IMG/VR virus record: IMGVR_UViG_3300045941_000233
Location: 32,001 to 96,000 of that record
Length of the DNA stretch: 64,000 nucleotides
Source of the DNA: a virus
Direction: 5' to 3' (one strand)
Part shown: positions 1 through 9,221 of the stretch, one piece after another
How the letters are laid out: every line of letters starts with the position of its first letter
Position numbering within the stretch: the stretch's first letter is position 1
Made by a program: the position numbers and the translations under genes
The notes under the pieces: model-generated
The model's database searches: none
The model's input: only the letters and a program-made list of their open reading frames with translations
Told to the model about the DNA's origin: nothing

Positions 1-243
1 AAGCAACTTTGGAAGCTTCGCCACCTGCGCGACCGCGCGGCCCAGAACGGGATTAAGGTTACAGACGACGGCCGCCCGTTGAACCGCGGCGCCGCTTCCG
101 ACTTGATTGACGCCATTAAGTCGGCCCTGGATTCAGTCGCGACCGCCGCCGGCCGCGGTGGCCCGGTGGCTGGCTGCAGTATCGGCCCGTTCCGCGGTGG
201 CCGCTGCCTTGAATGCGGTTTGCCCCAAGCCGCCCGCCGTTAG
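1..243 (+). CDS. partial hypothetical phage protein (5' end outside window)
   Basis: Frame 1 is open from base 1 (KQLWKLRHL...LNRGAASDLIDAIK...CLECG) to TAG at 241-243. Not in the ORF track because the start is missing. Confidence 0.55.
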   Translation, partial: KQLWKLRHLRDRAAQNGIKVTDDGRPLNRGAASDLIDAIKSALDSVATAAGRGGPVAGCSIGPFRGGRCLECGLPQAARR

Positions 244-372
244 ATCGACGTTGAGACCGCCCAATACACCGGCCGGCGGAATGGAAGCCGCCGACCGGCT
301 ATTGGCTGGCCTTTACTTTTGCCCGCCTGCGGAATGCGGCCCGCGATACAAGCCGCGCGAAAGGGTGTTTTT

Positions 373-1494
373 ATGTTGGTTCCGAAGTCGGTTTTCGCCG
401 CCCGCAAGATATGCGACCGCGAGCAATCGCGCTACGCGCTTGGGGGGATGGAATTCAGCCGCGACAAAGCCGGCGCCCCGCTGGCCTGCGCGACCGACGG
501 CCGCCGCCTAGTCGCATTGACTTGGCAAGAGCCAGACGCCGCCGAATATCCGGCGCCGCCCAACTTGACCGCCGGCCGCCGCGATGGCGCGCAGCCCTTT
601 ATTCTGCCCTATGCCGCTTGCGATCAAGCGTCGAAAGTAAAGCTAGGCGCCAAGTGTAAGCCGATACTGCAGCACGTCGTACTACAAGAGCCGGCCGAGG
701 GTGAGAACGATATCACCATTTTCGCGACCGACTTGGAAAATCGGCACCAAAACACCGCCCGCAAAATGGATGGCCGTTTCCCGCGGTGGCCTGACTGTAT
801 TCCGAACTATGCGACTGATTCGATATCGATCGACGTTGACGCAAAATTCCTGGCGGAATGCGCCGAAACGCTGGCGGCCCATATGGCCAACAGTGGCGCC
901 ACTAACGACCGCGCTGTCACGTTGACAATTCGCCGGCCCGTCGCCGATGAGAAGCACCACCACCTAGCCCCGGTTTTGCTGTCGGCCGCGGCGCCAGACG
1001 GCCGCAAAGCGCTGGCCGTTATCATGCCGCTTGGCCGCGGCAATGACGATGAAGCACCCCGGCCGCGGTGGGATTTCCACGCCAAGCCGGCCCCGGCCCC
1101 CGAGCCGGCCGCCGCTGTCGATCAACCGCCGGAAGAGCCGAGCGACTTGGAAGCCGAGCCGCAAGCCGGCATAGATACGGATATTGAGCCGGCGCCCGTT
1201 CCGACCGCGGCCCAGATCGTCGCCGCTTCGCCCGTGGTTGTCGAGCCGTCGCCGGCCGAAGAGCCGGCCGCGAGCTCGCCGGCCGCCCCGGCCAAGCCGC
1301 GGCGCCGCAAGTCGGCCCGGGTGGCCCCGGTGGCCGCCCCGGAAGCCGAGCCGGCCGCCGAGCCGGCCCCCGAGCCGGTTATCGTCGCCGAGCTCGCCGA
1401 GCCCGAGCCGCACCGGCCCGAGCTCACCGAAGAGCCGGCCGCCGATGGCTGGCGCGCCGCGGCCCGCCGTATCGCCGCTATGGCCTTTGTCTAA
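373..1494 (+). CDS. DNA polymerase III beta-clamp (DnaN)-like domain protein with a long Pro/Ala/Glu-rich C-terminal tail
   Basis: Motifs SRYALGGM, ACATDGRRLV and MDGRFPRW resemble DnaN RYYLNG/ATDGHRL/DGxFPDY. ATG 373 follows AAGGGTG. The C-terminal ~130 aa are PEPAA-like low complexity. Confidence 0.6.
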   Translation: MLVPKSVFAARKICDREQSRYALGGMEFSRDKAGAPLACATDGRRLVALTWQEPDAAEYPAPPNLTAGRRDGAQPFILPYAACDQASKVKLGAKCKPILQHVVLQEPAEGENDITIFATDLENRHQNTARKMDGRFPRWPDCIPNYATDSISIDVDAKFLAECAETLAAHMANSGATNDRAVTLTIRRPVADEKHHHLAPVLLSAAAPDGRKALAVIMPLGRGNDDEAPRPRWDFHAKPAPAPEPAAAVDQPPEEPSDLEAEPQAGIDTDIEPAPVPTAAQIVAASPVVVEPSPAEEPAASSPAAPAKPRRRKSARVAPVAAPEAEPAAEPAPEPVIVAELAEPEPHRPELTEEPAADGWRAAARRIAAMAFV

Positions 1495-1735
1495 TCCCAA
1501 AATTGCGTTGACCGGCGGCCCGTAGTCGCCGGCCCTTTCGGCCGCGGGGCTTGGCGCGATGGAAGCGCACCCCGCGGCATTTTGGCAACCGCCCAGCGCA
1601 GCCCCAGCAGCCCTGGCGGCACTGACCGCCCGCCGGCAGCCCTTGCCGTGGCCTGTCGCTTGGCTGTTGCCAAAATGGAAGCCGCCCTGATAATTTTGAC
1701 GCGCGGCACTTAACCGAAAGGATTACAGCCCCACC

Positions 1736-2491
1736 ATGCCAAGCACAAGCAAGCCGGCAAGCAAGCCGGCGCCGCCGATTATCACGCGCGGCATATCGAT
1801 TAACGAGCCGTGGGCTTGGGCGATCGTCGCCGGCCCAGATCCGGCCGCCGGCCGTGGCTGGAAGCCGATAGAAAATCGCACCTGGCCGACGGCCTACCGC
1901 GGCCCGGTGGCCATCCATGCATCGACCGCCAAGCGACACCTAACCGAAGAGACAATCGCTTTCATTTACGGCGCCGACTCGCGAATTATTCCGCGCATCG
2001 ACTCGCCCAACATCGATAAAGACAATCAGATTTTCCACTTGGGCGCGATTATCGGAACCGCCGATATTGTTGGCTGTATTGAATTCAAGCCGACTGGCAA
2101 CAATGAGCGCGATTGGCGCAACTTTGAACGAGCCGCCCGAGCCGCCGGCCTTGACTGGTGGCTAAACAAGTATCAAGGCGACTGGGAAGCCGCCGGCCGC
2201 GGCCCTGAATTTTTCGAAGACGGGGAAGGTAAAACGTGGTCAACCGACGCATTCTATTGGGCCGACGGCCCGTATTGTTTCCTGTTGGATAACGCGCGGC
2301 AATTCACGCAACCCATTGCCGCCCGCGGCCGCCTGAATATTTACAATTTGGCGCCAGAGGAAATAGCCGCCGTTGGCCGAGCTCTTCGCGCGCCGCTTGG
2401 CTGCCCGGTTGAATACCGCGCGAAACTAAAAACAGCCAAGCAAGGCGCCGCCGCGGCTATTGCTAAAAGCCGGCCGCCCGCGGTAGCCTAG
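1736..2491 (+). CDS. ASCH-domain protein
   Basis: GISINEPWAWAIVAG...KPIENRTWPTAYRGPVAIHAS and GAIIGTADI are ASCH signatures. Confidence 0.85.
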   Translation: MPSTSKPASKPAPPIITRGISINEPWAWAIVAGPDPAAGRGWKPIENRTWPTAYRGPVAIHASTAKRHLTEETIAFIYGADSRIIPRIDSPNIDKDNQIFHLGAIIGTADIVGCIEFKPTGNNERDWRNFERAARAAGLDWWLNKYQGDWEAAGRGPEFFEDGEGKTWSTDAFYWADGPYCFLLDNARQFTQPIAARGRLNIYNLAPEEIAAVGRALRAPLGCPVEYRAKLKTAKQGAAAAIAKSRPPAVA

Positions 2492-2566
2492 TTCTTACTG
2501 GCGACTTGGCGGCCCGCAATTCTAACCCGTGGGCGATTGTCGCCCCTGCCATAAGGATTAACCCTA

Positions 2567-2932
2567 ATGGCAAGAGCTCGCACCGCCCGAGTGGGCGCCC
2601 GAGCCGGCCGCGCGATTTTCCGAGCCGGCGCCGACCCCGAGAAAGCTATCGGCCAAGCCGGTAATGCCGTCGGCCGCACCGCCCGCCGGCAATTCGGCCG
2701 AGCCGGCCGCCGCGTTGTTGGCGCCGCCCGCCGCACAGTCGCCAATGTCGGCCGTAGCATCGCGAACACCGGCCGAGCCGCCGCCCGCGCTGTCGGCCGC
2801 GGCGCCCGAGCCGTCGGCCGTGGTGCGCTTCGACTGGCCGCCAGCGCGGCCCGTGGCCTGCGCGCGATTTTCGGATTTGGCCGCGGCACCGGCGCCCGCA
2901 ACCGCTTGGCACTTGGTGGCGCCGGCGGGTAA
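2567..2932 (+). CDS. small very basic Arg/Ala/Gly-rich protein
   Basis: 121 aa with 26 Arg and only 2 acidic residues, (A/V)GR repeats, ends LGGAGG. AAGGA upstream; 9 nt before the next gene. Confidence 0.7.
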   Translation: MARARTARVGARAGRAIFRAGADPEKAIGQAGNAVGRTARRQFGRAGRRVVGAARRTVANVGRSIANTGRAAARAVGRGARAVGRGALRLAASAARGLRAIFGFGRGTGARNRLALGGAGG

Positions 2933-2941
2933 TCTCGCCGG

Positions 2942-3742
2942 ATGAGCTCGCCGGCCAAAAAGCCGCCGCCGAAAATCCCGCCGCATCCGCTGGCCGTCAT
3001 CCGCCGCGCCCGCGACGAATTCGGCGTCCGCGAGGCAATCGTCGGCATATCGTGCGGCAAAGACTCCATCGCCGCGGCCGAAGTCTGCCGCGAACATCTC
3101 GACCGCATCGAGGGCTATTTTCTTTACATCGTGCCCGGCCTGTCCTTTCAGGAAAACTACCTGGCGTACTTGGAACGGCGCTACTCGATCCACATTCACC
3201 GGCTGCCGCACTTCCAACTGGCCGCCATGCTCCGCGGTGGCACGCTGCGATTCAATCGCCGCGATTCGCTGGCCGCCGCCAATATCAAGCCGCGGCACAT
3301 CGACGCGCATCTCCGCAAAATCACCGGCATTCAGTGGATTGCGACCGGCGAAAAGGCGATCGACTCCGTGGAACGCAACGCCATGATCCGGAACGTCGCC
3401 GGCATCTCTTTACCCCGGCGCCGCATCTGGCCGCTGGCCTATTGGTCCCACTCGACCGTTTACAACTACCTGAAGACTCGACAGATCGCGCTCGCACCCG
3501 AATACTCGCTGTCGGTCACTTCGAGCTCGCCGGCGGACCGGAAAACGCGCTCGTTCGGCGGACTCCAATACCGCGACGTCTGCTGGATCGAAGAGAAGTA
3601 CCCCGACGACTACAAAAAAATTACGACGATGTTTCCCATGTTGCCGGCTCAGATTCTCCGCTACCGGCAGCGTGAAGAGCTCGAACAGCAACCACCACCA
3701 GAACAACCAGAACAACCAGAACCAGAGCAGGCCAATGGCTAA
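2942..3742 (+). CDS. PAPS-reductase-family (PP-loop) protein
   Basis: VGISCGKDS PP-loop, GEKAIDSVERN and IWPLAYWS motifs. Confidence 0.85.
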   Translation: MSSPAKKPPPKIPPHPLAVIRRARDEFGVREAIVGISCGKDSIAAAEVCREHLDRIEGYFLYIVPGLSFQENYLAYLERRYSIHIHRLPHFQLAAMLRGGTLRFNRRDSLAAANIKPRHIDAHLRKITGIQWIATGEKAIDSVERNAMIRNVAGISLPRRRIWPLAYWSHSTVYNYLKTRQIALAPEYSLSVTSSSPADRKTRSFGGLQYRDVCWIEEKYPDDYKKITTMFPMLPAQILRYRQREELEQQPPPEQPEQPEPEQANG

Positions 3743-4724
3743 GAAAAAGCAAGAAGTCCCGGCAGGAAATCCAGTCGCCGCGCCGCCCACTCCACCCGCG
3801 GATCATCCGCTCACAGAATCCACTGTTTCTGTTCAAAAGACGCGAAAATTCCAGGCTTTTGAGCGTATGATCGTCAGGCGGTCTGCGCTCCGCCTGCATG
3901 AAACAAATCCGCGCACGATCGACCCGCACGCTTTCCGCAAGCTCCGCGAATTCCTGCGCAAGCGCAAGCTGCTGGGAGCCCTGCAAGTCAACCGCCGGCG
4001 CGCTGCCAACGGATTCGACCAATCACAAGACGGCCAGCTTGTTGTCATCGGTGGCCATCAGCGCATCAAAGCCATGGACGATATTTCAGGATTCCCCGAC
4101 GCGGAGAATTCTGATTACGAAGTGCCGATCGACGTCGCCGAGCTCACGCCGGCCCAAGAGCGCGAAACGCTGGTCGCGCTCAATAACCCCGGCCTGCAAG
4201 GCGCTTGGGACTGGGACATGCTGTCGGAAGTCCTGACCGCCCCGGGCGTGGATCCGCTCGCCACCGGTTTTGATCGCGCCGAGCTCGCGTCGTTCATCGA
4301 CGCCGGCATTCTCGACCAAATCATCGGCGGGGGAGCCAGCGCGCAAGTAGCCGCCGAAACGCCCATCCTGGCCGATATCTCCGCTATCGCTGAAACAGGC
4401 CGAGCAGCCGACGCGGCCGATCGCGCTGCGCGCGCAACCGTGCAAACCACTGTATCCATCCCGCAATCGTCACCCGACGCGGCGCTCGCCGCCCAGCAAG
4501 CGGCTGTTGACGGAATGAAAGCCCGCCGCCAAGAGTATCAGCAGTCAGTGAACGCGGACACAAACACGGCCAATTTTATGATTGCCCTGTTCGCGGACAC
4601 TGAAGATGAAAAAGTGAACCTACTCACGCACCTTGGTCTCGATCCTGGACAGGATTTCTTTTCGCTCTCTCAATTCATGGAACATCTGGCCAATTCCGAG
4701 CCAGCAGAACAGCAGGAAGCCTAA
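3735..4724 (+). CDS. ParB/Srx N-terminal-domain protein
   Basis: ETNPRTI, GALQVNRR, VVIGGHQRIKAM, VALNNPGLQGAWDWDML. ATG 3735 overlaps the previous stop. Confidence 0.8.
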   Translation: MAKKKQEVPAGNPVAAPPTPPADHPLTESTVSVQKTRKFQAFERMIVRRSALRLHETNPRTIDPHAFRKLREFLRKRKLLGALQVNRRRAANGFDQSQDGQLVVIGGHQRIKAMDDISGFPDAENSDYEVPIDVAELTPAQERETLVALNNPGLQGAWDWDMLSEVLTAPGVDPLATGFDRAELASFIDAGILDQIIGGGASAQVAAETPILADISAIAETGRAADAADRAARATVQTTVSIPQSSPDAALAAQQAAVDGMKARRQEYQQSVNADTNTANFMIALFADTEDEKVNLLTHLGLDPGQDFFSLSQFMEHLANSEPAEQQEA

Positions 4725-4978
4725 TGATGCTAGTCCTATCCCGATACCGCGATGAGCAGATTGTTATCGGCGACGAAATTGTCCTAACCGTCGTCGATAT
4801 CCGCGGCGACAAAGTGCGAATCGGAATCGACGCGCCGACTTCCGTTCCTGTCCACCGCCGCGAAGTTTACGACGCGATCAAACGCAAAGCCAAAGCCGAA
4901 GCCCAAACCCAAGCCGAATCTCAGCCGCCAGCCGCCGCGGCAGCCACTGACGTCGGTCCGGCGCCGTCGCTGAAGTAG
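4724..4978 (+). CDS. csrA: carbon storage regulator CsrA (RNA-binding translational regulator)
   Basis: MLVLSR..EQIVIGDEIVLTVVDIRGDKVRIGIDAPTSVPVHRREVY is near-canonical CsrA. Confidence 0.95.
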   Translation: MMLVLSRYRDEQIVIGDEIVLTVVDIRGDKVRIGIDAPTSVPVHRREVYDAIKRKAKAEAQTQAESQPPAAAAATDVGPAPSLK

Positions 4979-5039
4979 GCAGCCGCGAAAAATTTTTGCG
5001 GTCCAGTGGTCTCTAGGAAATTTTTAATACCATTTGGAA

Positions 5040-5909
5040 ATGGTCGAAAATTCTGAAAATTCTAAAAAACCTGAGAGAATTCAAAAAACGACCGGCAGTG
5101 AGCAGCCGATTCCCGGCCGTTGCGGCGCAAAATTAAAGAGAACCGATCCGCCTCGATACTGCATGAAGTATCCAGTCCAGGGGCGGAATCGATGCGAGCG
5201 CTGCGGTGGCAAATCTCCGCCCGCCGGCCCCACTCATCCGCGATTTGTTCACGGCCGAACGTCCAAGCTCATCCCGAAGGGCGTTGTCGGTGATCGTCTC
5301 CGCGAGCTCCTACAAGATCCGGACTTATGCAAGATCGATCGCGACGTTGCCGTCGTGCAATATCGCTGGTCGATGCTGCTTGAACGCTTAACCAGCGGAG
5401 AATCGACGAAACACTGGGACCGCCTGGTCAGAGCGAAGGACAATTTCCAGAAAGCCAACAAAAGGATTCAGGAAGCCAACCGCGAGCAGCAGGAAGAGCT
5501 CGCCAAGCCGGTCGATCAACAGTCCGCGACGAAACTGAACCGCATCGATGAGCGCGTGATCGCGGCCCGCAAGCAAGTGTCCGAGTCGCTTAGCGAAATC
5601 GTGCAGATGATTACCGAAGGCGCCGCCCAGCAAGAGCAATGGCGCGAGCTCGTTGACGTGACGCATCAGGTGGCGGCCCTGAAGAAAGCCGAGTCGGACC
5701 GCCTGACACAAGAGGGCATGACGCTCAACGCGCAAGAGGCAGTTATTTTAATGACCGCGACACTGGCGGCCATCGCGAAGCACGTCACCAGCGAGCAGGA
5801 GAAACAGTCGATCGCGGTCGAGCTCGCGCGAATCTGGCAGCAGCCCGGCTTGCCGCCGGCAATCCAGCAAACGATTGACGGGCATGTGAGCATAGCCGAC
5901 GCCGATTGA
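5040..5909 (+). CDS. HGGxSTG-like Cys-rich N-terminus plus coiled coil; probable terminase small subunit
   Basis: RCGAK...YCMKYPVQGRNRCERCGGKS...HGRTSK motif, helical C-terminus, located upstream of terL. Confidence 0.55.
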   Translation: MVENSENSKKPERIQKTTGSEQPIPGRCGAKLKRTDPPRYCMKYPVQGRNRCERCGGKSPPAGPTHPRFVHGRTSKLIPKGVVGDRLRELLQDPDLCKIDRDVAVVQYRWSMLLERLTSGESTKHWDRLVRAKDNFQKANKRIQEANREQQEELAKPVDQQSATKLNRIDERVIAARKQVSESLSEIVQMITEGAAQQEQWRELVDVTHQVAALKKAESDRLTQEGMTLNAQEAVILMTATLAAIAKHVTSEQEKQSIAVELARIWQQPGLPPAIQQTIDGHVSIADAD

Positions 5910-6010
5910 CGCAATTCGTCCGCCGGCCGGATATTGGGAATCGTTCCGATCGTTCCACTTAGCTTCGCTGCGGTGGGACTTCGCTGTGTTGACTCTGGGG
6001 TTTAGGCGCG

Positions 6011-6050
6011 AAGCCGGCCGGGGATGACGACTCCGGCCGGCTTTCTTTGT
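6011..6050 (+). terminator. Rho-independent terminator
   Basis: AAGCCGGCCGG/CCGGCCGGCTT stem followed by TCTTTGT, between converging gene blocks. Confidence 0.7.
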
Positions 6051-6136
6051 AAAACCGGCTTCACCCACCGGCCTTGAAGAGCGCCCTACTATTCGGCCTG
6101 CCGCAACAGCATTTGGCCGACGCTCTAGGTTTTGTC

Positions 6137-6409
6137 TCACTCCCCCTCCAATATCCGCAGGATTTCGCTGGCCAAGTCGCATCGGCCTTTTGCGTATGCC
6201 TCTGGTCGGAAGCGCTGCGCTTGGCACAATTCCCTCACCGCCTCCAATCGCCGCGCGTATTCAGGGGAGTAAATCTCATGTACCGCATCAACCGTGTCCT
6301 CAATGGCGCGTTCGCGGGTCGGGAAAATGAAATGAGGATCGTTCGGTAGTCGGTCCCTTAACCAATCTCGAAACTTCTCGTCGCACTTCAGCAGTTCGTC
6401 GGGTGTCAT
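6137..6409 (-). CDS. hypothetical protein, paralog of the adjacent gene
   Basis: MTPDELL...PEYARRLEAVR...GRCDLASEILRILEGE. Start re-set to ATG 6409. Confidence 0.7.
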   Translation of the reverse strand: MTPDELLKCDEKFRDWLRDRLPNDPHFIFPTRERAIEDTVDAVHEIYSPEYARRLEAVRELCQAQRFRPEAYAKGRCDLASEILRILEGE

Positions 6410-6411
6410 GG

Positions 6412-6699
6412 TCACTCCCCCTCCAATAGCCGCAGGATTACACCAGCCAAATCCCATCGGCCAAAGTCGTACTGTGTCCGGTGATCGTTCCCTCGCTCAG
6501 CACGGCAGTACGCCCGCACCGCCTCCAATCGCCGCACGTATTCGGGGCATGAGTTGCAGGCGGCTTCTACGTACTCGGAAATTTCCGTGCTGCGTGGAAT
6601 GTCTCCCCCCGCAATCTTTCCGAGTGTCATCAAGTCGAGTTTGTCTAGCTTTTTTCTGGCCTTATCAGCCAGCGCCAGCAGTTCATCGGGTGGGGTCAT
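6412..6699 (-). CDS. hypothetical protein, paralog of the adjacent gene
   Basis: MTPPDELL...PEYVRRLEAVR...GRWDLAGVILRLLEGE, with AAGGAG RBS. Confidence 0.75.
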   Translation of the reverse strand: MTPPDELLALADKARKKLDKLDLMTLGKIAGGDIPRSTEISEYVEAACNSCPEYVRRLEAVRAYCRAERGNDHRTQYDFGRWDLAGVILRLLEGE

Positions 6700-6761
6700 G
6701 GGTGGTTCTCCTTTGAAAACAACTGTCGTCCGCCGACGAGGGGGAGGTTGTCAGTCATCAC

Positions 6762-7208
6762 TCACGCTCCTTTCCTGTTAATCACTTTGCGCACTGTATC
6801 AATCGCATAATTAAGATCGCGTTGGTCGCGTGGCCCAGGAAATGTCGCGCGGCATAGGGCTTCATGCGCCACATCGCACGCTTTCGCGAGTTGCTCAACC
6901 TGCTTCCGCAGTTCGTCACGCTCGGCTTTCAAGTCCTGCGCCCAGCGAATGAACGCCACCGAGATTTCGCAGGCGGTGTTTAGCGGGTCGAGGCTGCTAC
7001 TGATTTGCTGCCTCAATCGCTTTACATCGTCCTCAGCGCCTATGCGACCGTCCAGGGCTACGCTTGTGGCGTCGATAATTGTGTGATCGAGGCTGGTAGC
7101 GTTAGCGCCGGGGCTAGGTGTCTTGTTTTGCATCGCTTCTCCAAAATCCGCCACGACTCTTCCTGCTCTTGGGTCGTGGTATATCACCGGCTGGATCCTG
7201 TCGGCCAT
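6762..7208 (-). CDS. hypothetical coiled-coil protein
   Basis: 148-aa ORF within a tightly packed minus-strand run. Confidence 0.55.
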   Translation of the reverse strand: MADRIQPVIYHDPRAGRVVADFGEAMQNKTPSPGANATSLDHTIIDATSVALDGRIGAEDDVKRLRQQISSSLDPLNTACEISVAFIRWAQDLKAERDELRKQVEQLAKACDVAHEALCRATFPGPRDQRDLNYAIDTVRKVINRKGA

Positions 7209-7417
7209 GGGTTGCTCTCCGCTTGCTCGACTCTCTTCGGCTGGACAAATTCAAACTGGCCGCTATGCGGGTTGTATTGGCCGTAGCCGTTTGTGATGAC
7301 AGACTTTTTCCAGCCGGCGTCCACAGTGCACCCGCCAATGAGTATTCCAAAAATCATCGACATTACGGCCAGAATAACCATAAAGGCAGTATCTTCGTCG
7401 TCCTTGGTCATAATCAC
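7184..7417 (-). CDS. small membrane protein
   Basis: One hydrophobic segment FMVILAVMSMIFGILIGGC; overlaps its neighbours. Confidence 0.6.
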   Translation of the reverse strand: MIMTKDDEDTAFMVILAVMSMIFGILIGGCTVDAGWKKSVITNGYGQYNPHSGQFEFVQPKRVEQAESNPWPTGSSR

Positions 7418-7641
7418 GAAATTACCTCGGGCTTGTGCGGTGTCTGAATAACCAGCCGGGCGCCGCAGGGGAGTAGCGGCTCACCGTCGGGCTTGTAGAT
7501 AATCTCGCCCTCGGTGAACTTCACGCGCTTAGCGTAGGTCGGCTTCCCGTGGCGTCCTTTTTGGAACCGCACGGCCGGATTGTTCGTTCCGTGCTTGCGA
7601 TTCGATGCGATTACGTTTTTGTTGACGTGGATGTAATACAT
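7414..7641 (-). CDS. conserved phage hypothetical protein
   Basis: IHVNKNVIASNRKHG...YKPDGEPLLPCGARLVIQT resembles a recurring phage family. ATG 7641 lies just downstream of a promoter. Confidence 0.7.
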   Translation of the reverse strand: MYYIHVNKNVIASNRKHGTNNPAVRFQKGRHGKPTYAKRVKFTEGEIIYKPDGEPLLPCGARLVIQTPHKPEVIS

Positions 7642-7657
7642 TCCGCGGCATCCTGGC

Positions 7658-7685
7658 ATTGTAGAATCGTACAACAGATCGTCAA
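7658..7685 (-). promoter_or_regulatory. sigma70-type promoter of the minus-strand island
   Basis: TTGACG-atctgTTGTACGATtc-TACAAT (16-nt spacer), the same architecture as the promoter at 11292. Confidence 0.7.
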
Positions 7686-7745
7686 CGGCATTTTCGAGCT
7701 CAGCACAATTGACGCTTTGATTGCTCCGCGGCTATTCATGCCCGC

Positions 7746-8813
7746 ATGGCACAGAAAACCGCATTGATAACCGGAATCACCGGCCAGATTGGATCTTATC
7801 TGGCCGAATTGCTTCTATCACTCGATTACCGGCGCGTCCATGGTCTAGTTCGGCCGTCGTCGGACGTGGTGGCCAGCCGCGAGCGGATTGAGTCTTTCGC
7901 GAACAACCCGCGCGTCGAGCTCCACTACGGCGATTTGTCAGATCAAGCTGGCCTGACGCGATTGCTCCGCCAGATCAAGCCGGACGAAATTTACAACCTG
8001 GCCGCGCAGTCGCATGTCGCTATCAGTTTTTCCCTGCCCTGCGCAACTGGGGACGTAACCGGGCTTGGCTGTCTGCGATTACTGGAAGCCATGCGTGAGG
8101 CTTCGCCCGAGTCCAGGTTCTATCAAGCGTCGTCTAGCGAGCTCTTCGGCAATTCGCCGGCGCCGCAGTCGGAAAAGACGCCATTTAGGCCCCGCAGTCC
8201 CTATGCGGCCGCCAAACTTTTTGCCTATACGGTATGTGTAAATTACCGCGAGGCTTACGGGCTGCACGTCAGCAACGGGATTCTGTTCAATTCCGAGTCT
8301 CCGCGCCGCGGCCCGGGCTTTGTCACCCGCAAGATCACCCGCGGCGTGGCCCGCATCGCAAATACTGTCGGCCGGCCGGCGGACAGAATCATCAGGCTTG
8401 GCAACCTGAACGCCCGCCGGGATTGGATGCACGCCAAGGATGCTGTGCGCGGCATGCATGCCATGCTACAGCAGGACGGTCCAGGCGATTACGTGCTGGC
8501 CAGCGGCCGCAGCGAGTCCGTGAAGACGTTTTGCGAGATGGCGTTTCAGCGCGTCAAGATTCCGCTGTTTTGGGTTACAGAGAAAATTCCTGGACTGATC
8601 GACCGCGAGTATGCTGCCTACTTCACGGAATTTGTGGAAATGGGGCGGGTGCGGGTGATTGAAGTCGATCCGGCCTATATTCGTCCGACTGAAGTTCCGC
8701 ACCTATGCGGCGATGCGGGCAAGGCCTGGCGCGTGCTAGGATGGCGGCCGGAGATTTCGCTTGAGTCGCTGATCGACGAAATGGTCGAAGCGGACTTGAA
8801 TAGAGAATCGTAG
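7746..8813 (+). CDS. gmd: GDP-mannose 4,6-dehydratase
   Basis: ALITGITGQIGSYLAELLL, YNLAAQSHV, FYQASSSELFG, SPYAAAK, FVTRKIT, LGNLNARRDW. Confidence 0.95.
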   Translation: MAQKTALITGITGQIGSYLAELLLSLDYRRVHGLVRPSSDVVASRERIESFANNPRVELHYGDLSDQAGLTRLLRQIKPDEIYNLAAQSHVAISFSLPCATGDVTGLGCLRLLEAMREASPESRFYQASSSELFGNSPAPQSEKTPFRPRSPYAAAKLFAYTVCVNYREAYGLHVSNGILFNSESPRRGPGFVTRKITRGVARIANTVGRPADRIIRLGNLNARRDWMHAKDAVRGMHAMLQQDGPGDYVLASGRSESVKTFCEMAFQRVKIPLFWVTEKIPGLIDREYAAYFTEFVEMGRVRVIEVDPAYIRPTEVPHLCGDAGKAWRVLGWRPEISLESLIDEMVEADLNRES

Positions 8814-8822
8814 CGATCAACG

Positions 8823-9221
8823 ATGTTGAACAAGCTGGATTTTTCGTTTGGCTTATCTAACTCCACCTGGATCAAGGCCGAGCGAGAGTCTTTTATTTCT
8901 CGTTCCATCGGAAAGCTGATGGAGTATGTAAACATCGAAGTGCCGCCCAAAAGTGAAGCGATTACCGAAATTGAGGCCGGCGATGCCGTCATGCGGACGG
9001 CTTTATGGATGATAAACGCCGGCCTGGCTGGCGAATCTGATTTCGTGATGCTGGGAGCCGATAAATCCGCCGTTGCGATGATGAGCGGAATGCGCGTCTA
9101 TCGCAGCTTCAGGAATATCCTGTCCGACTCGTTCATTTCTCATCGCGCCGATGGCTCTTGCGTGATGCATTACGCCGGCGGAAAAAAAGTTCGCTGTCTG
9201 CCTGACGCTAAAATGGACTGA
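8823..9221 (+). CDS. hypothetical protein
   Basis: 132-aa ORF directly abutting terL. Confidence 0.55.
   Translation: MLNKLDFSFGLSNSTWIKAERESFISRSIGKLMEYVNIEVPPKSEAITEIEAGDAVMRTALWMINAGLAGESDFVMLGADKSAVAMMSGMRVYRSFRNILSDSFISHRADGSCVMHYAGGKKVRCLPDAKMD

Noticed and set aside
7746-8813. Host chromosomal LPS locus or prophage boundary at gmd or the GT cluster
   Set aside because: These genes are interleaved and translationally coupled with phage genes; no integrase, att site or housekeeping synteny was seen.
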